A DNA stretch of 56,376 nt from an uncultured bacterium (lineage in GTDB: Bacteria; DYJV01). Location of the stretch: NCBI GenBank assembly GCA_964492825.1, contig CAZBLP010000004.1, positions 1-56,376 of the forward strand, written 5' to 3'. The translations under genes were made by a program, and so were the position numbers. Below the pieces are notes generated by a model. It made no database searches and had not been told where the DNA came from. It worked only from the letters and a program-made list of their open reading frames with translations. Positions 41,490 through 50,929 of the stretch are shown one piece after another; position 1 is the stretch's first letter; every line of letters begins with the position of its first letter.

Positions 41490-43148
41490 ATGGGATACAC
41501 ACCTGAAATGAAAGAATTAATAAAAAAAGTTGAAGCTTCAAGACCTGCAAGGGTTGATAAAGCAAGAAACGGGGAAATGTTTCCTCCTTTGACACTTGAT
41601 CAGAGAGAAGAAGTTCTGAATAAATTCCATCCTGATTATAAATCTGTGGGAAGACGTGCAGTAAAAGTTGGTCCAAGCAAAGGAGAAATTTATCCTGACG
41701 AATTTGCAGATGTACTTGAAGCTCACAGTAGAATCGAACCAAATATAGATTTGGACACTCTTTTAAAATATGAAACAGATGTGCTTGTAATAGGCGGGGG
41801 AGGAGCCGGAAGTGCAGCTGCATTGCTTGCACAGGAGCAAGGATGCAAAGTAATTATAGCCACAAAACTTCGTCATGGTGATGCCAATACAGTGATGGCA
41901 GAAGGCGGTATTCAGGGTGCTACAAGAAAACCTGATTCCCCATATTATCACTACCTTGATGTAATGGGAGGCGGACACTTTACCAATGATCCAGAGCTTG
42001 TTGCTGCTCTTGCAAATGATGCTCCTCTTGTTATTAGATGGCTTGAAGATCTCGGAATGATGTTTGACAAAGATGAAAAGGGTAATTTAAAAACAAGGCA
42101 TGGCGGAGGAACATGCAGAAAAAGAATGCACTCAGCAGGTGACATGACAGGTTCAGAAATAATGAGAGTTTTAAGAGATGAAGTTAGAAACAGATGTGAT
42201 GATATAGATGTTCTGGAATTTACTCCTGCTGTTGAAATAGTTTTGGATGAGAACGGTAATGCTGCAGGTGCAGTATTATACAACATGGAAACAGAAGAAT
42301 TTTTTGTTGTAAAAGCAAAAGCAGTTATTATTGCCACAGGTGGTTACGGAAGACTTCATATTCAAGGTTTTGCAACAACCAATCACTATGGTGCCACAGC
42401 AGATGGTCTTATATTAGGTTACAGAGCGGGAGTGCCTTTGGCTTTTATGCATTCCACTCAATATCACCCAACAGGAGCTGCATTTCCCGAGCAAAATATT
42501 GGGCTTTTAATTACAGAAAAAGTAAGAGGATTAGGTGCCAATCTTTTAAATATAAACGGAGAGCAGTTTGTATTTGAAAGGGAGCCAAGAGATGTTGAAT
42601 CAGCTTGTATTATCAGAGAATGCCTTGAAAGAGAGCTCGGCATTGTGACTCCTACAGGTAGAGTCGGTGTATGGCTTGATTCTCCAATGATTGACATGCT
42701 TGAAGGTGCTGGAACAGTTGAAAAAGAACTACCTGCAAAATATATTCAGTTTAAAAGATACAACATTGATATTAGCAAAGAGCCTATGCTTGTTTTTCCA
42801 ACACTTCATTATCAAAACGGAGGCTTAAAAATAAAAGATTCTACTGAGACTAATGTACCGGGGTTATTTGCTGCAGGTGAGGCAAGCGGCGGAGTTCACG
42901 GCGAGAACAGATTAATGGGAAATTCTCTTCTTGATATTACAGTTTTTGGAAGAAGAGCTGGAAAAGCCGCAGGAGAATATGTAAAAAACGGAGTTAATAT
43001 TGGTAAATTAACTCTTGAACATATAAAGAAATATGAAGAAGAATTAAAAGAAGCAGGTATTGATACAGAAAGGCAATCTCCAATGTTGCTTCCTGATTAC
43101 ACAAGACCTGAAATAAAAAAAAGCCAACTCACTCATATAGTATGGTAA
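41490..43148 (+). CDS. FrdA/SdhA/TfrA-like flavoprotein (dicarboxylate active site, no covalent-FAD His)
   Basis: GGGGAG, ANTVMAEGG, QYHPTG, LITEKVRG, EPRD, LHYQNGG, VHGENRLMGNSL. Confidence 0.85.
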   Translation: MGYTPEMKELIKKVEASRPARVDKARNGEMFPPLTLDQREEVLNKFHPDYKSVGRRAVKVGPSKGEIYPDEFADVLEAHSRIEPNIDLDTLLKYETDVLVIGGGGAGSAAALLAQEQGCKVIIATKLRHGDANTVMAEGGIQGATRKPDSPYYHYLDVMGGGHFTNDPELVAALANDAPLVIRWLEDLGMMFDKDEKGNLKTRHGGGTCRKRMHSAGDMTGSEIMRVLRDEVRNRCDDIDVLEFTPAVEIVLDENGNAAGAVLYNMETEEFFVVKAKAVIIATGGYGRLHIQGFATTNHYGATADGLILGYRAGVPLAFMHSTQYHPTGAAFPEQNIGLLITEKVRGLGANLLNINGEQFVFEREPRDVESACIIRECLERELGIVTPTGRVGVWLDSPMIDMLEGAGTVEKELPAKYIQFKRYNIDISKEPMLVFPTLHYQNGGLKIKDSTETNVPGLFAAGEASGGVHGENRLMGNSLLDITVFGRRAGKAAGEYVKNGVNIGKLTLEHIKKYEEELKEAGIDTERQSPMLLPDYTRPEIKKSQLTHIVW

Positions 43149-43163
43149 AAAATTGTATCTAAT

Positions 43164-43200
43164 AATTGGAATAGGGAGCTGCTCCCTATTCCATCCAATT
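43164..43200. terminator. strong hairpin between convergent operons
   Basis: TGGAATAGGGAGC-T-GCTCCCTATTCCA (43167-93) with outer AATTGGA/TCCAATT arms. Confidence 0.7.
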
Positions 43201-43250
43201 ATCCTTATCACACTGAATAATCGATAATTATAAAAAATAGATTGCAAAAA

Positions 43251-44297
43251 TTATTGGAAAATCAAACTTTTGACAAATTTTCCAATAGCTGGTGCAGCTG
43301 TTAATCCAGGAGAATCTATTCCAAGCAGATGTACTTTATTAGCTTTTCTGAAAATCAGGAAATCAGTTAACATCTGATTATTGTAAAAACATTTAGCTCT
43401 TATGCCAGTGAAACCCGGAGTTATTTTATTGGGATTGAACTCTGTCAATAATTCCTCACATGCTTTAATAAATACTTCTTGATTTTCTGTAATATCATAA
43501 GATTCTTTTTCATTAACTTGTTTTGAAGTGGGGCCTATCCATATTTCATTGTAAGCTGCTTTTGTAAGATGTATACCAAGGTGTCCATGTTTACCCGGAA
43601 CAGGATAAATCATGCCATTAACTTTTTCATTATTTAAAGAATAGTATTCACCTTTAAAAGGCATAATTTCAAAATTTTTTATATTGCACATACTTGCTAT
43701 TTTATCAGAATAAAGTCCTGCTGCATTTATAAAAATATCAAATTCCAGATTACCTCTGTTAGTAATTATTTTATTATCAAGTACATTTTCAACATTGCAA
43801 TTTGTAATAATATTCACCTTGTTTTCCTGAAGCAATGCTTCCATTTTTCTAAAATAGTCAGAGCAATTTACAACACCTGTGTTTGGTGAATAAAGTGCAT
43901 ATTTAGACTTTGAGAAAGGTTCTAATTTTTTAATTTCTGAAGAATCAATTAACTTTAAATTCTCAACTCCATTTCTATCTCCGTTTTCTTTTAATCTTTT
44001 TAAATCATCAAGGTCTTCATCATTGTTTGCAACAATTATTTTGCCTGACATTCGATGCTCAACATTATATTTCTTGAAAAATTCATAAGATAATTTAGCT
44101 CCTTCAATACAAAAAATCCTTTTTAACGTATGATATGGATAATAAATCCCTGCATGAATAACTCCGCTGTTCCTTGTGCTGGTGTGATACCATATGGCTG
44201 GTTCCTTATCTATTAGGAAAATTTCATGTTCTGTTTTTGAAAGTTCATAAGCAATCCAGCTTCCTACAACTCCTGCACCGGTAATTACTATTATCAT
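43251..44297 (-). CDS. FAD-dependent oxidoreductase, LhgO/L-2-hydroxyglutarate oxidase family
   Basis: IVITGAGVVG, STRNSGVIHAGIYY, PFKGEYY, GIDSPGLTAAPAIG; AAGGGGA RBS supports start at 44297. Confidence 0.85.
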   Translation of the reverse strand: MIIVITGAGVVGSWIAYELSKTEHEIFLIDKEPAIWYHTSTRNSGVIHAGIYYPYHTLKRIFCIEGAKLSYEFFKKYNVEHRMSGKIIVANNDEDLDDLKRLKENGDRNGVENLKLIDSSEIKKLEPFSKSKYALYSPNTGVVNCSDYFRKMEALLQENKVNIITNCNVENVLDNKIITNRGNLEFDIFINAAGLYSDKIASMCNIKNFEIMPFKGEYYSLNNEKVNGMIYPVPGKHGHLGIHLTKAAYNEIWIGPTSKQVNEKESYDITENQEVFIKACEELLTEFNPNKITPGFTGIRAKCFYNNQMLTDFLIFRKANKVHLLGIDSPGLTAAPAIGKFVKSLIFQ

Positions 44298-44436
44298 AAA
44301 ATCCCCTTGCTTTATGTGCTGATTTTTGCATGCAGATACCATAAAAAATTCAAATACGCAATATAATTGCTTTAATGGTAAAGACTCCATTTAAAACTGT
44401 TATAGACTTTTAACATAAAATGTGGTAATTATCAGT

Positions 44437-44805
44437 ATGAGTTGTCCGTTTTGCAATTTGGATAAATTAGATGTTTTCATGCAGAATGAATTTTGTTATG
44501 CTATATTTGATAATTCTCCAGTTAATAAAGGGCACACTTTGATTATACCTTTCAGACATTTCAGCAGTTTTTTTGATTCTACGGAAGATGAAAAATATGC
44601 AATTTTAGAGCTTTTGGATAAAGCTAAATTATATTTGGATGGCAGATACAATCCTGATGGTTACAATATAGGTATTAATGTCGGCAAACATGCAGGCCAG
44701 ACAATTTTTCACCTACATATTCACCTTATACCAAGATATATTGGTGATATAGAAAACCCAAGAGGAGGTGTCAGAGGGGTAATCCCTGAAAAAAGAATCT
44801 ATTAA
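44437..44805 (+). CDS. HIT family hydrolase
   Basis: SCPFC, GHTLIIP, AGQTIFHLHIHLIPR; ATG 44437 preferred over GTG 44422. Confidence 0.9.
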   Translation: MSCPFCNLDKLDVFMQNEFCYAIFDNSPVNKGHTLIIPFRHFSSFFDSTEDEKYAILELLDKAKLYLDGRYNPDGYNIGINVGKHAGQTIFHLHIHLIPRYIGDIENPRGGVRGVIPEKRIY

Positions 44806-46422
44806 ATGGCTCGAATTACCGGTAATACAAAGTTTTTAACATCTTTTCAAAGAAAAAAATTATCAAACCTTTTCAAACGAAAAGTTCCCAATAATCAAAT
44901 TTTTTCATATAACATTCTCAATACCATTAGCAAAATTTCAAGAGAAATATATAAGCAGATTGCTGCTGTAATTGATAGACGTGGCAATTTGCAATACATT
45001 ATTATTGGTACTGAAAATGAAATTTTATTTCCTACTTTTTATGAATTTCACCTGAATAGATTCAATTTAAGAGGTATTTCAGTAATACATACTCATTTGC
45101 ACAATCAAGGGCTTGATTATGACGATTTAACTGATCTTGCATATTTGAGGCTTGATTTTATATGTTCAATTATTGTAACAGAAAAAGGCAACCCTGAAAA
45201 AATTGAAATATCAAGAATAGATATTGTAAATGGAAAAAACAGCAATAAAATAATTTATTCAGGTTCATTCAAAAAAGTTAATATTGATTTTAATAATGAA
45301 ATAAACTTCTTAGAATCTGAAATTGCAAAGTATTTATACAAAGCTGAAGAAACTTCTCGTGAAAAAGTTCTGCTTGTCAATGCCGGCAGAAAATCAAAAT
45401 ATACATTGGAAGAGGAAATGGAAGAGCTTATAAATCTTTCAAAAGCCGCTAATTTTGAAGTAGTAGGTTCAATTATACAAAGACTGAATAAAATCAATCC
45501 TTCTTTAATTTTGGGTAAAGGCAAATTTAAAGAACTAATAATTACATCCATAGAGAAAAATGCAAGTAAAATCATATTTTACCATGATCTTACACCTGCA
45601 CAGGCAAAGTTTATAGCAAGTTTTGCTGATATTGAAATTATTGACAGAACAACTCTAATATTGAACATTTTCAGTAAAAGAGCAATTAGTAAAGAAGGCA
45701 AATTAAAAGTCGAGTTAGCCAAGTTAAAATATCTTTTGCCTCGAGTTGCAGATAAAGCTGAAGCACTATCAAGAATTAGAGGTGGGATAGGTTTAAAAGG
45801 TCCTGGGGAGACAATTGCCGAGGTTGAAAGAAGACGAATCAGAAACAGAATAAAAACAATAGAAAAAGAATTAATCAATATTGCTAATAAAAGAAATATT
45901 TTAAGAATTAGAAGAGCAAAAAAGAATGTTCCGGTTGTTTCTATTATAGGTTATACAAACGCAGGCAAATCCACTCTGTTGAATACTTTGACAAAAAGTG
46001 ATATTTTTGTGGAAAATCTTTATTTTGCCACACTTGATACATTTAGCAGAAAATTTTTTCTTGAACCAAAACGCGAACTAATAATTACAGATACAGTTGG
46101 GTTTATAAAAAATTTACCAAAAGATCTAATGGACGCTTTTAAATCAACTCTTGAAGAACTAACATATTCAGATTTGTTGATTCATGTTGTTGATATTTCA
46201 GATGATAATTTTAGTTCAAATATAGAGGTCGTTGATAATATTTTAAAGGACATTGGTGCGGAAAATGTACCTCAGGTTTTGGTTTTTAACAAAACAGACA
46301 AAGTTGACAAAGAGATAGTTGCAAATATCTCAGAAAGATATGATGCTATAATAATTTCAGCTAAAAATAAGGATAAGGTAAAACCTTTAATTAAATATCT
46401 ACAACATCACTTTAGGAAGTAG
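44806..46422 (+). CDS. hflX: GTPase HflX with N-terminal extension
   Basis: GPGET, GYTNAGKSTL, FATLD, DTVGF, NKTD. Confidence 0.93.
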   Translation: MARITGNTKFLTSFQRKKLSNLFKRKVPNNQIFSYNILNTISKISREIYKQIAAVIDRRGNLQYIIIGTENEILFPTFYEFHLNRFNLRGISVIHTHLHNQGLDYDDLTDLAYLRLDFICSIIVTEKGNPEKIEISRIDIVNGKNSNKIIYSGSFKKVNIDFNNEINFLESEIAKYLYKAEETSREKVLLVNAGRKSKYTLEEEMEELINLSKAANFEVVGSIIQRLNKINPSLILGKGKFKELIITSIEKNASKIIFYHDLTPAQAKFIASFADIEIIDRTTLILNIFSKRAISKEGKLKVELAKLKYLLPRVADKAEALSRIRGGIGLKGPGETIAEVERRRIRNRIKTIEKELINIANKRNILRIRRAKKNVPVVSIIGYTNAGKSTLLNTLTKSDIFVENLYFATLDTFSRKFFLEPKRELIITDTVGFIKNLPKDLMDAFKSTLEELTYSDLLIHVVDISDDNFSSNIEVVDNILKDIGAENVPQVLVFNKTDKVDKEIVANISERYDAIIISAKNKDKVKPLIKYLQHHFRK

Positions 46423-46427
46423 TTATT

Positions 46428-46964
46428 ATGAAAAGAGCTATTTTTCTTGACAGAGACGGTACTCTAATAGAAGAAGTTAATTATTTGTCAAATTTTTCTC
46501 AAATAAAGATATTTCCTTTTGCTTATGATGCAATTAAAATTTTTAATGAATTAAATTTCTTGGTCTTTATTGTAACCAATCAATCAGGAATTGCAAGAGG
46601 ATTTTTTAATGAAGAATTTGTGAAAAAAACCAATGAATTTATAATTAAAACTTTTAATCAAAGAGAAGCTGTAATTTCAGATTATTTTTTCTGTCCGCAT
46701 CATCCTGATGATAATTGCAAATGCAGAAAGCCTGAAACAGGAATGATTTTAAAAGCCAAAGAAAAATACAATATAGATATTTCAACTTCTTATATTATTG
46801 GGGATTCTTTAAAAGATGTGTTAACAGGAATAAATGCAGGTATGTTTCCACTTCAGGTATTAACAGGCCATGGTTGGAATAATCTATCAGAAAATAGTAT
46901 AATTTTGCCAAATTTATATTATGCTGCACTTTTTATAAAAAATATTGAGAGTCAAAATATTTAA
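46428..46964 (+). CDS. gmhB: D-glycero-beta-D-manno-heptose-1,7-bisphosphate 7-phosphatase (HAD IIIA)
   Basis: FLDRDGTL, TNQSGIARG, CPHHPDDNCKCRKP, IGD. Confidence 0.88.
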   Translation: MKRAIFLDRDGTLIEEVNYLSNFSQIKIFPFAYDAIKIFNELNFLVFIVTNQSGIARGFFNEEFVKKTNEFIIKTFNQREAVISDYFFCPHHPDDNCKCRKPETGMILKAKEKYNIDISTSYIIGDSLKDVLTGINAGMFPLQVLTGHGWNNLSENSIILPNLYYAALFIKNIESQNI

Positions 46965-46981
46965 GCTTCTTTACCTAAAAA

Positions 46982-47686
46982 TCAGACACTTTCATTATTC
47001 TTTAAAATATATCCTATACCTGGTGCAGACTCAATGACAACGTGATTTTTTAATTTCTTTCTCAAATGGTTAATATGAACATCAATTGTTCTTGACCAAT
47101 TATAAATATCTTTTCCTTTCCAAAGATTTTCTTTAATTTCATTTCTGGAGCATATTCTATCACTGTTTTCAATTAGAAACATTAAAAGATTAAATTCTGT
47201 TCTTGTTAAATTGATTTTTTCATTATTAATATAAGCTTCTCTTTTCTGAGGATAAATAGTTAATGATTTAATGTTGACTACATCTTTTGAATTTAGTTTA
47301 TTATCTTTAAAATTATATCTTCTTAAACAACTCTTTATTCTCGCTGAAAGTTCCAGAAAATTAAAAGGCTTAACAATATAATCATCTGCTCCGCATTCAA
47401 GCCCAAGAACTTTGTCAGATACAGCATCTCTTGCAGTTAACATAATAACAGGTATATCCATATTTTCTTTTCTTATTTTATTGCATAATTGAATTCCGTC
47501 TATATCCGGGAGATTTAAGTCAAGTATTATAATATCAGGATTAGCTCCGGAAATTAAATCATAGGCTTCAAGGCCTGTTTCAGCAGTAATCACATCATAT
47601 CCTTCCAATTTCAGATTTGCAGAAATAACCTTTAAAATATCCGTATCATCATCTATAACTAAAATTAATATATCATTTTGTTCCAT
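46982..47686 (-). CDS. OmpR/PhoB-family response regulator
   Basis: IDDD, ILDLNLP phospho-Asp, MLTA, DYIVKPF, LTRTEF, RTIDVHINHLRKK, GIGY. Confidence 0.93.
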   Translation of the reverse strand: MEQNDILILVIDDDTDILKVISANLKLEGYDVITAETGLEAYDLISGANPDIIILDLNLPDIDGIQLCNKIRKENMDIPVIMLTARDAVSDKVLGLECGADDYIVKPFNFLELSARIKSCLRRYNFKDNKLNSKDVVNIKSLTIYPQKREAYINNEKINLTRTEFNLLMFLIENSDRICSRNEIKENLWKGKDIYNWSRTIDVHINHLRKKLKNHVVIESAPGIGYILKNNESV

Positions 47687-49286
47687 TTTTTGCCTCTAAA
47701 TTAAATTTTTTATTAAAAATAATTATAAACTTTATTCTGTTTTTGTCTATTAATTTTACTTTTATATCTCCTTTATGTGCTAACATTATACCTTTTGCAA
47801 TGGCAAGCCCAAGCCCGCTTCCTTTTTCTTTTGAAGATTTGAGATGTTTGTATTTTAAGAAAAATGTTGATATATTTTTTTCATCTAGTTCATGATCAGT
47901 ATTGTTGCTAATTGAAATTTTTATTGATTCATCTGTTTCATCAATAGAAATTGTAATTTTATCATTTTCAGGTGAAAATTTTATTGCATTATGTAAAATA
48001 TTTATTAAAACCTGATTTATTCTTTTTCTGTCAAGATAGACAAAAAACTCTTTTTTAAAATTTATTTTTTCAAATTCTATATTTTTTTCATCTGCATACC
48101 CTTTAAAAAAAACAAGAATTTCTTCAATAATATTGTTTAGCTTTTCCTTTTTTAATTCCAGCTCCAATCTACCAATTTCAATTCGTGCAATATCTATTAG
48201 GTTATTAACCATTAAAATAAGGTTTTTAATGTTTTTATCTATTATTTCAATAAACTCTTTGTTCTCTTTTTTGGTCAAAACTTTTGAAAGATATTCAATG
48301 CCTCCCTGAATTGTTGTAAGAGGTGTTCTTAACTCATGGGATACAGTAGCTAAAAAGTCAGTTTTTAATTTATTTTTTCTTTTTAGTTCTTCAGTTGCTT
48401 TTTCAATCTCTTTCTGCATAATTTCATGGTTATTTTTAATAATATTAGCCATATCAAAAAAATTATTTTTTAATTCTCCTATTTCATCCTTTCTTGATGA
48501 TTTCTCAAATTCAGTTAAATAATTTTCTTTAAATCTCTCAATACGCTCCTTTATTGAATTAACAGGTTTAATAACAAGAAAATAATTTAAAAAATATATT
48601 ATTAAAATTGTAAAAAAAATTATAAGCAGTGAAGAGAAAAAGTAGTATTTTTTTATTATACACAACTTTTTATCTACATCAGACAAAGGGAGTAAAACAC
48701 TTATACAACCTCTCAATTCCCCTATATTATATCCTTGATACATATGACAGGTAAGACAAGATTTTTTTATATATAGAGGTCTAATCAATCTGTAAAATTT
48801 TTTATGCATTAGATACTCAACCTGAGTCACCTCTTTGGCTTTTTTCCTGTCAAAAATCCTCAAAGCATAACTTTCAGTGTCATCAGGAGCATTTGCAGGA
48901 TTAATTAAAAAATTACTTGATAGCTTGAAAAAATATTTTCCGTTTTTAAAAGCATAGTCGGAAAGCTCTCTTGTAACCATAGCTGGATTTCTTTTTAGAA
49001 AAATTTTATCTCCGCATTTTATAAAAGGTTTACTCAAGTAAGGATTAATATAAAGTCCTTTTCTTTTTAAAACATAAACCCCTCCAATATCAGCTATCCA
49101 TTTTCTTGTTAATATTATTTGATCAACTAAAATCTCTGCTTGTTTATAAACTTCTTCATATAAAAATTTTTTCTCTTGTTTAAAAAACATATAAAAGATT
49201 CCTCCTAAAATTAAGGAAAGAACAGTTATAATCCCCATTAGATACTTAAAACTAAGAGAAAAATAAAATTTTTTAATTATTTGCAT
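47673..49286 (-). CDS. sensor histidine kinase with periplasmic DUF3365/Tll0287-like heme-c domain
   Basis: TM1, NPANAPD...CLTCH (CxxCH), TM2, HAMP, VSHELRTPL, NAIKF, GSGLGL. Confidence 0.88.
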   Translation of the reverse strand: MQIIKKFYFSLSFKYLMGIITVLSLILGGIFYMFFKQEKKFLYEEVYKQAEILVDQIILTRKWIADIGGVYVLKRKGLYINPYLSKPFIKCGDKIFLKRNPAMVTRELSDYAFKNGKYFFKLSSNFLINPANAPDDTESYALRIFDRKKAKEVTQVEYLMHKKFYRLIRPLYIKKSCLTCHMYQGYNIGELRGCISVLLPLSDVDKKLCIIKKYYFFSSLLIIFFTILIIYFLNYFLVIKPVNSIKERIERFKENYLTEFEKSSRKDEIGELKNNFFDMANIIKNNHEIMQKEIEKATEELKRKNKLKTDFLATVSHELRTPLTTIQGGIEYLSKVLTKKENKEFIEIIDKNIKNLILMVNNLIDIARIEIGRLELELKKEKLNNIIEEILVFFKGYADEKNIEFEKINFKKEFFVYLDRKRINQVLINILHNAIKFSPENDKITISIDETDESIKISISNNTDHELDEKNISTFFLKYKHLKSSKEKGSGLGLAIAKGIMLAHKGDIKVKLIDKNRIKFIIIFNKKFNLEAKNGTK

Positions 49287-49309
49287 AAAAAAATTTTAGA
49301 GCATTTTTT

Positions 49310-49864
49310 TTAAAAAGTCAAAATAAAATTTTCAATAAGCTGAATAACATGCTCATAAAATTTTATATTCTCTTTTTTAACTTTTTTATTAAGTTCAGGG
49401 ATCCAGCTTTTCAGATGGGTATTTTCAAAGGAAATTAACTTTTCAATTTTGTTTTCAGAACTCAAATAATGTGCAAATTCAAGTATGGTAGGAAGGTAAT
49501 CAGGCATATCTCTGTCAGCAAGTTCCACACCTTCTTCATAATATAACTTTTCAAGAGACAATAGGAACTTAGCTCTGTCTTCAGCTCTATCGCTTTTTAC
49601 TATATAATGAGATTCATATAATGGAGTTTTCAAATCAAAATTGGTTGTGTATGTAACCTGTAACTCCTCTATATCTGTAAAATCTTTTCTCATTAAATTG
49701 ATTAGCTTTTCACTTCCGTCTCGCCTGAAATATTCTTTAAGATTATCAAAAAGCCAACCAGAAATGATAGCTTCAGCTATTTCTTTGTCAGGATAACTTA
49801 TTGCCATTGATAAAAGTTTATAATTTACTGTTTTGTTAATGCTTTCATCCATAACTATCTCCAA
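49310..49864 (-). CDS. TorD/DmsD/NarJ-family molybdoenzyme chaperone (delta subunit)
   Basis: YTTNFD...PLYES...MPDYLPTILEF; directly after beta subunit; start may be a few codons downstream. Confidence 0.8.
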   Translation of the reverse strand: MEIVMDESINKTVNYKLLSMAISYPDKEIAEAIISGWLFDNLKEYFRRDGSEKLINLMRKDFTDIEELQVTYTTNFDLKTPLYESHYIVKSDRAEDRAKFLLSLEKLYYEEGVELADRDMPDYLPTILEFAHYLSSENKIEKLISFENTHLKSWIPELNKKVKKENIKFYEHVIQLIENFILTF

Positions 49865-49875
49865 AAGATAAAGAT

Positions 49876-49948
49876 TGATTAGGATTTAGTTTCAGGGATT
49901 AGGATATAGTTTTTTCACTAAATCCTATCCCCTAAATCCCAAATCCTA
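49876..49948. repeat. intergenic inverted array of GGATT(T)A/TAAATCC heptamers
   Basis: GATTAGGATTTAG...GGGATTAGGATATAG versus CTAAATCCTATCCCCTAAATCCCAAATCCTA. Confidence 0.55.
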
Positions 49949-49987
49949 TTTTTTATTTCTCATTATTCATTTTTAATTGAGTTATAT

Positions 49988-50905
49988 TTACAACTTCCAT
50001 GTTGGAAAACCTGTTAATACATCAACAAGTTCTGATTGGGATTTTTCTCTTTCAGTTTCAAGAATTTTTTTAATTTCTTTCACTTTTTTACCAAAAAGTC
50101 CCTCCAAATATGTATAATCAACTCTTTCTCCACTGCTGTTTCCCTTATCATCTATTTTATGCTGAGCTACCATAACAGGTGGAATATAAAACACTTTTGG
50201 TTTTGTATTAAATTCGGAAAGAAGTGGAACAGCAACCTTATATTTTTTAACAAGTTTGTATACAGGAGATTCTTTATCATTTAATTTACCAAAAAATCTT
50301 GCTTTCCCAGGACATGTAATAACACAGGCAGGTGGCTCTCCTTTTTCAAGTCTTGGGAAACAAAAAATACACTTCTCAGCATTATCCATGTTTTTATTAA
50401 AAAATATTCTTTTATACGGACATGCATCTATACAATCTCCCGCACCTTCACATTTTTCACTGTCAATAAGTACAAAACCTTCTTTGGTCTTGTAAATTGC
50501 TTTTGCAGGACATGCCTTCATACAAGCAGGATCTTCACAATGCATACAGATCATAGGCAAATAAAAAAACCATTCATCTGCAACATTCATCCCATTACCC
50601 ATATCCTCGTAATAGTTTGGACTATTTTTAAGGTTTATACCAATATTAGGCAAACCTTTTCCTTTATTGCTGTGTAATTTGGAGTAATCAAATTTAGGTA
50701 CATTCTCATAATCTTTGTCATCCATCTTCATTTTCTTTTTTGTTTTCTCAAGCCAATTGTATGGATATCCCTGCCCCGGACGTGTCTCTACAATGGTAAA
50801 CCACATATGCTGTGCACCATCTCTATTGCTCCATAGCATTTTACATGCAACAGTGCATGCTTGACAACCAAGACATTTATTTAAATCTATTACCATACCG
50901 TACAT
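49988..50905 (-). CDS. DMSO-reductase family type II beta (Fe-S) subunit, NarH/PcrB/SerB-like
   Basis: CLGCQACTVACK, WFFYLPMICMHCEDPACMKACP, CEGAGDCIDACPY, CIFCFPR...CVITCP. Confidence 0.9.
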   Translation of the reverse strand: MYGMVIDLNKCLGCQACTVACKMLWSNRDGAQHMWFTIVETRPGQGYPYNWLEKTKKKMKMDDKDYENVPKFDYSKLHSNKGKGLPNIGINLKNSPNYYEDMGNGMNVADEWFFYLPMICMHCEDPACMKACPAKAIYKTKEGFVLIDSEKCEGAGDCIDACPYKRIFFNKNMDNAEKCIFCFPRLEKGEPPACVITCPGKARFFGKLNDKESPVYKLVKKYKVAVPLLSEFNTKPKVFYIPPVMVAQHKIDDKGNSSGERVDYTYLEGLFGKKVKEIKKILETEREKSQSELVDVLTGFPTWKL

Positions 50906-50929
50906 GACAACCTCCTATAATTTATGATT

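Noticed and set aside
41490-43148. L-aspartate oxidase (nadB)
   Set aside because: No nadA/nadC nearby, paired with an FrdB-like subunit, and in an operon with fumarase; not fully excluded without phylogeny.
44298-44390. 31-aa N-terminal extension of the LhgO-like ORF in the track
   Set aside because: The Rossmann motif begins right after Met32, which has its own AAGGGGA RBS.
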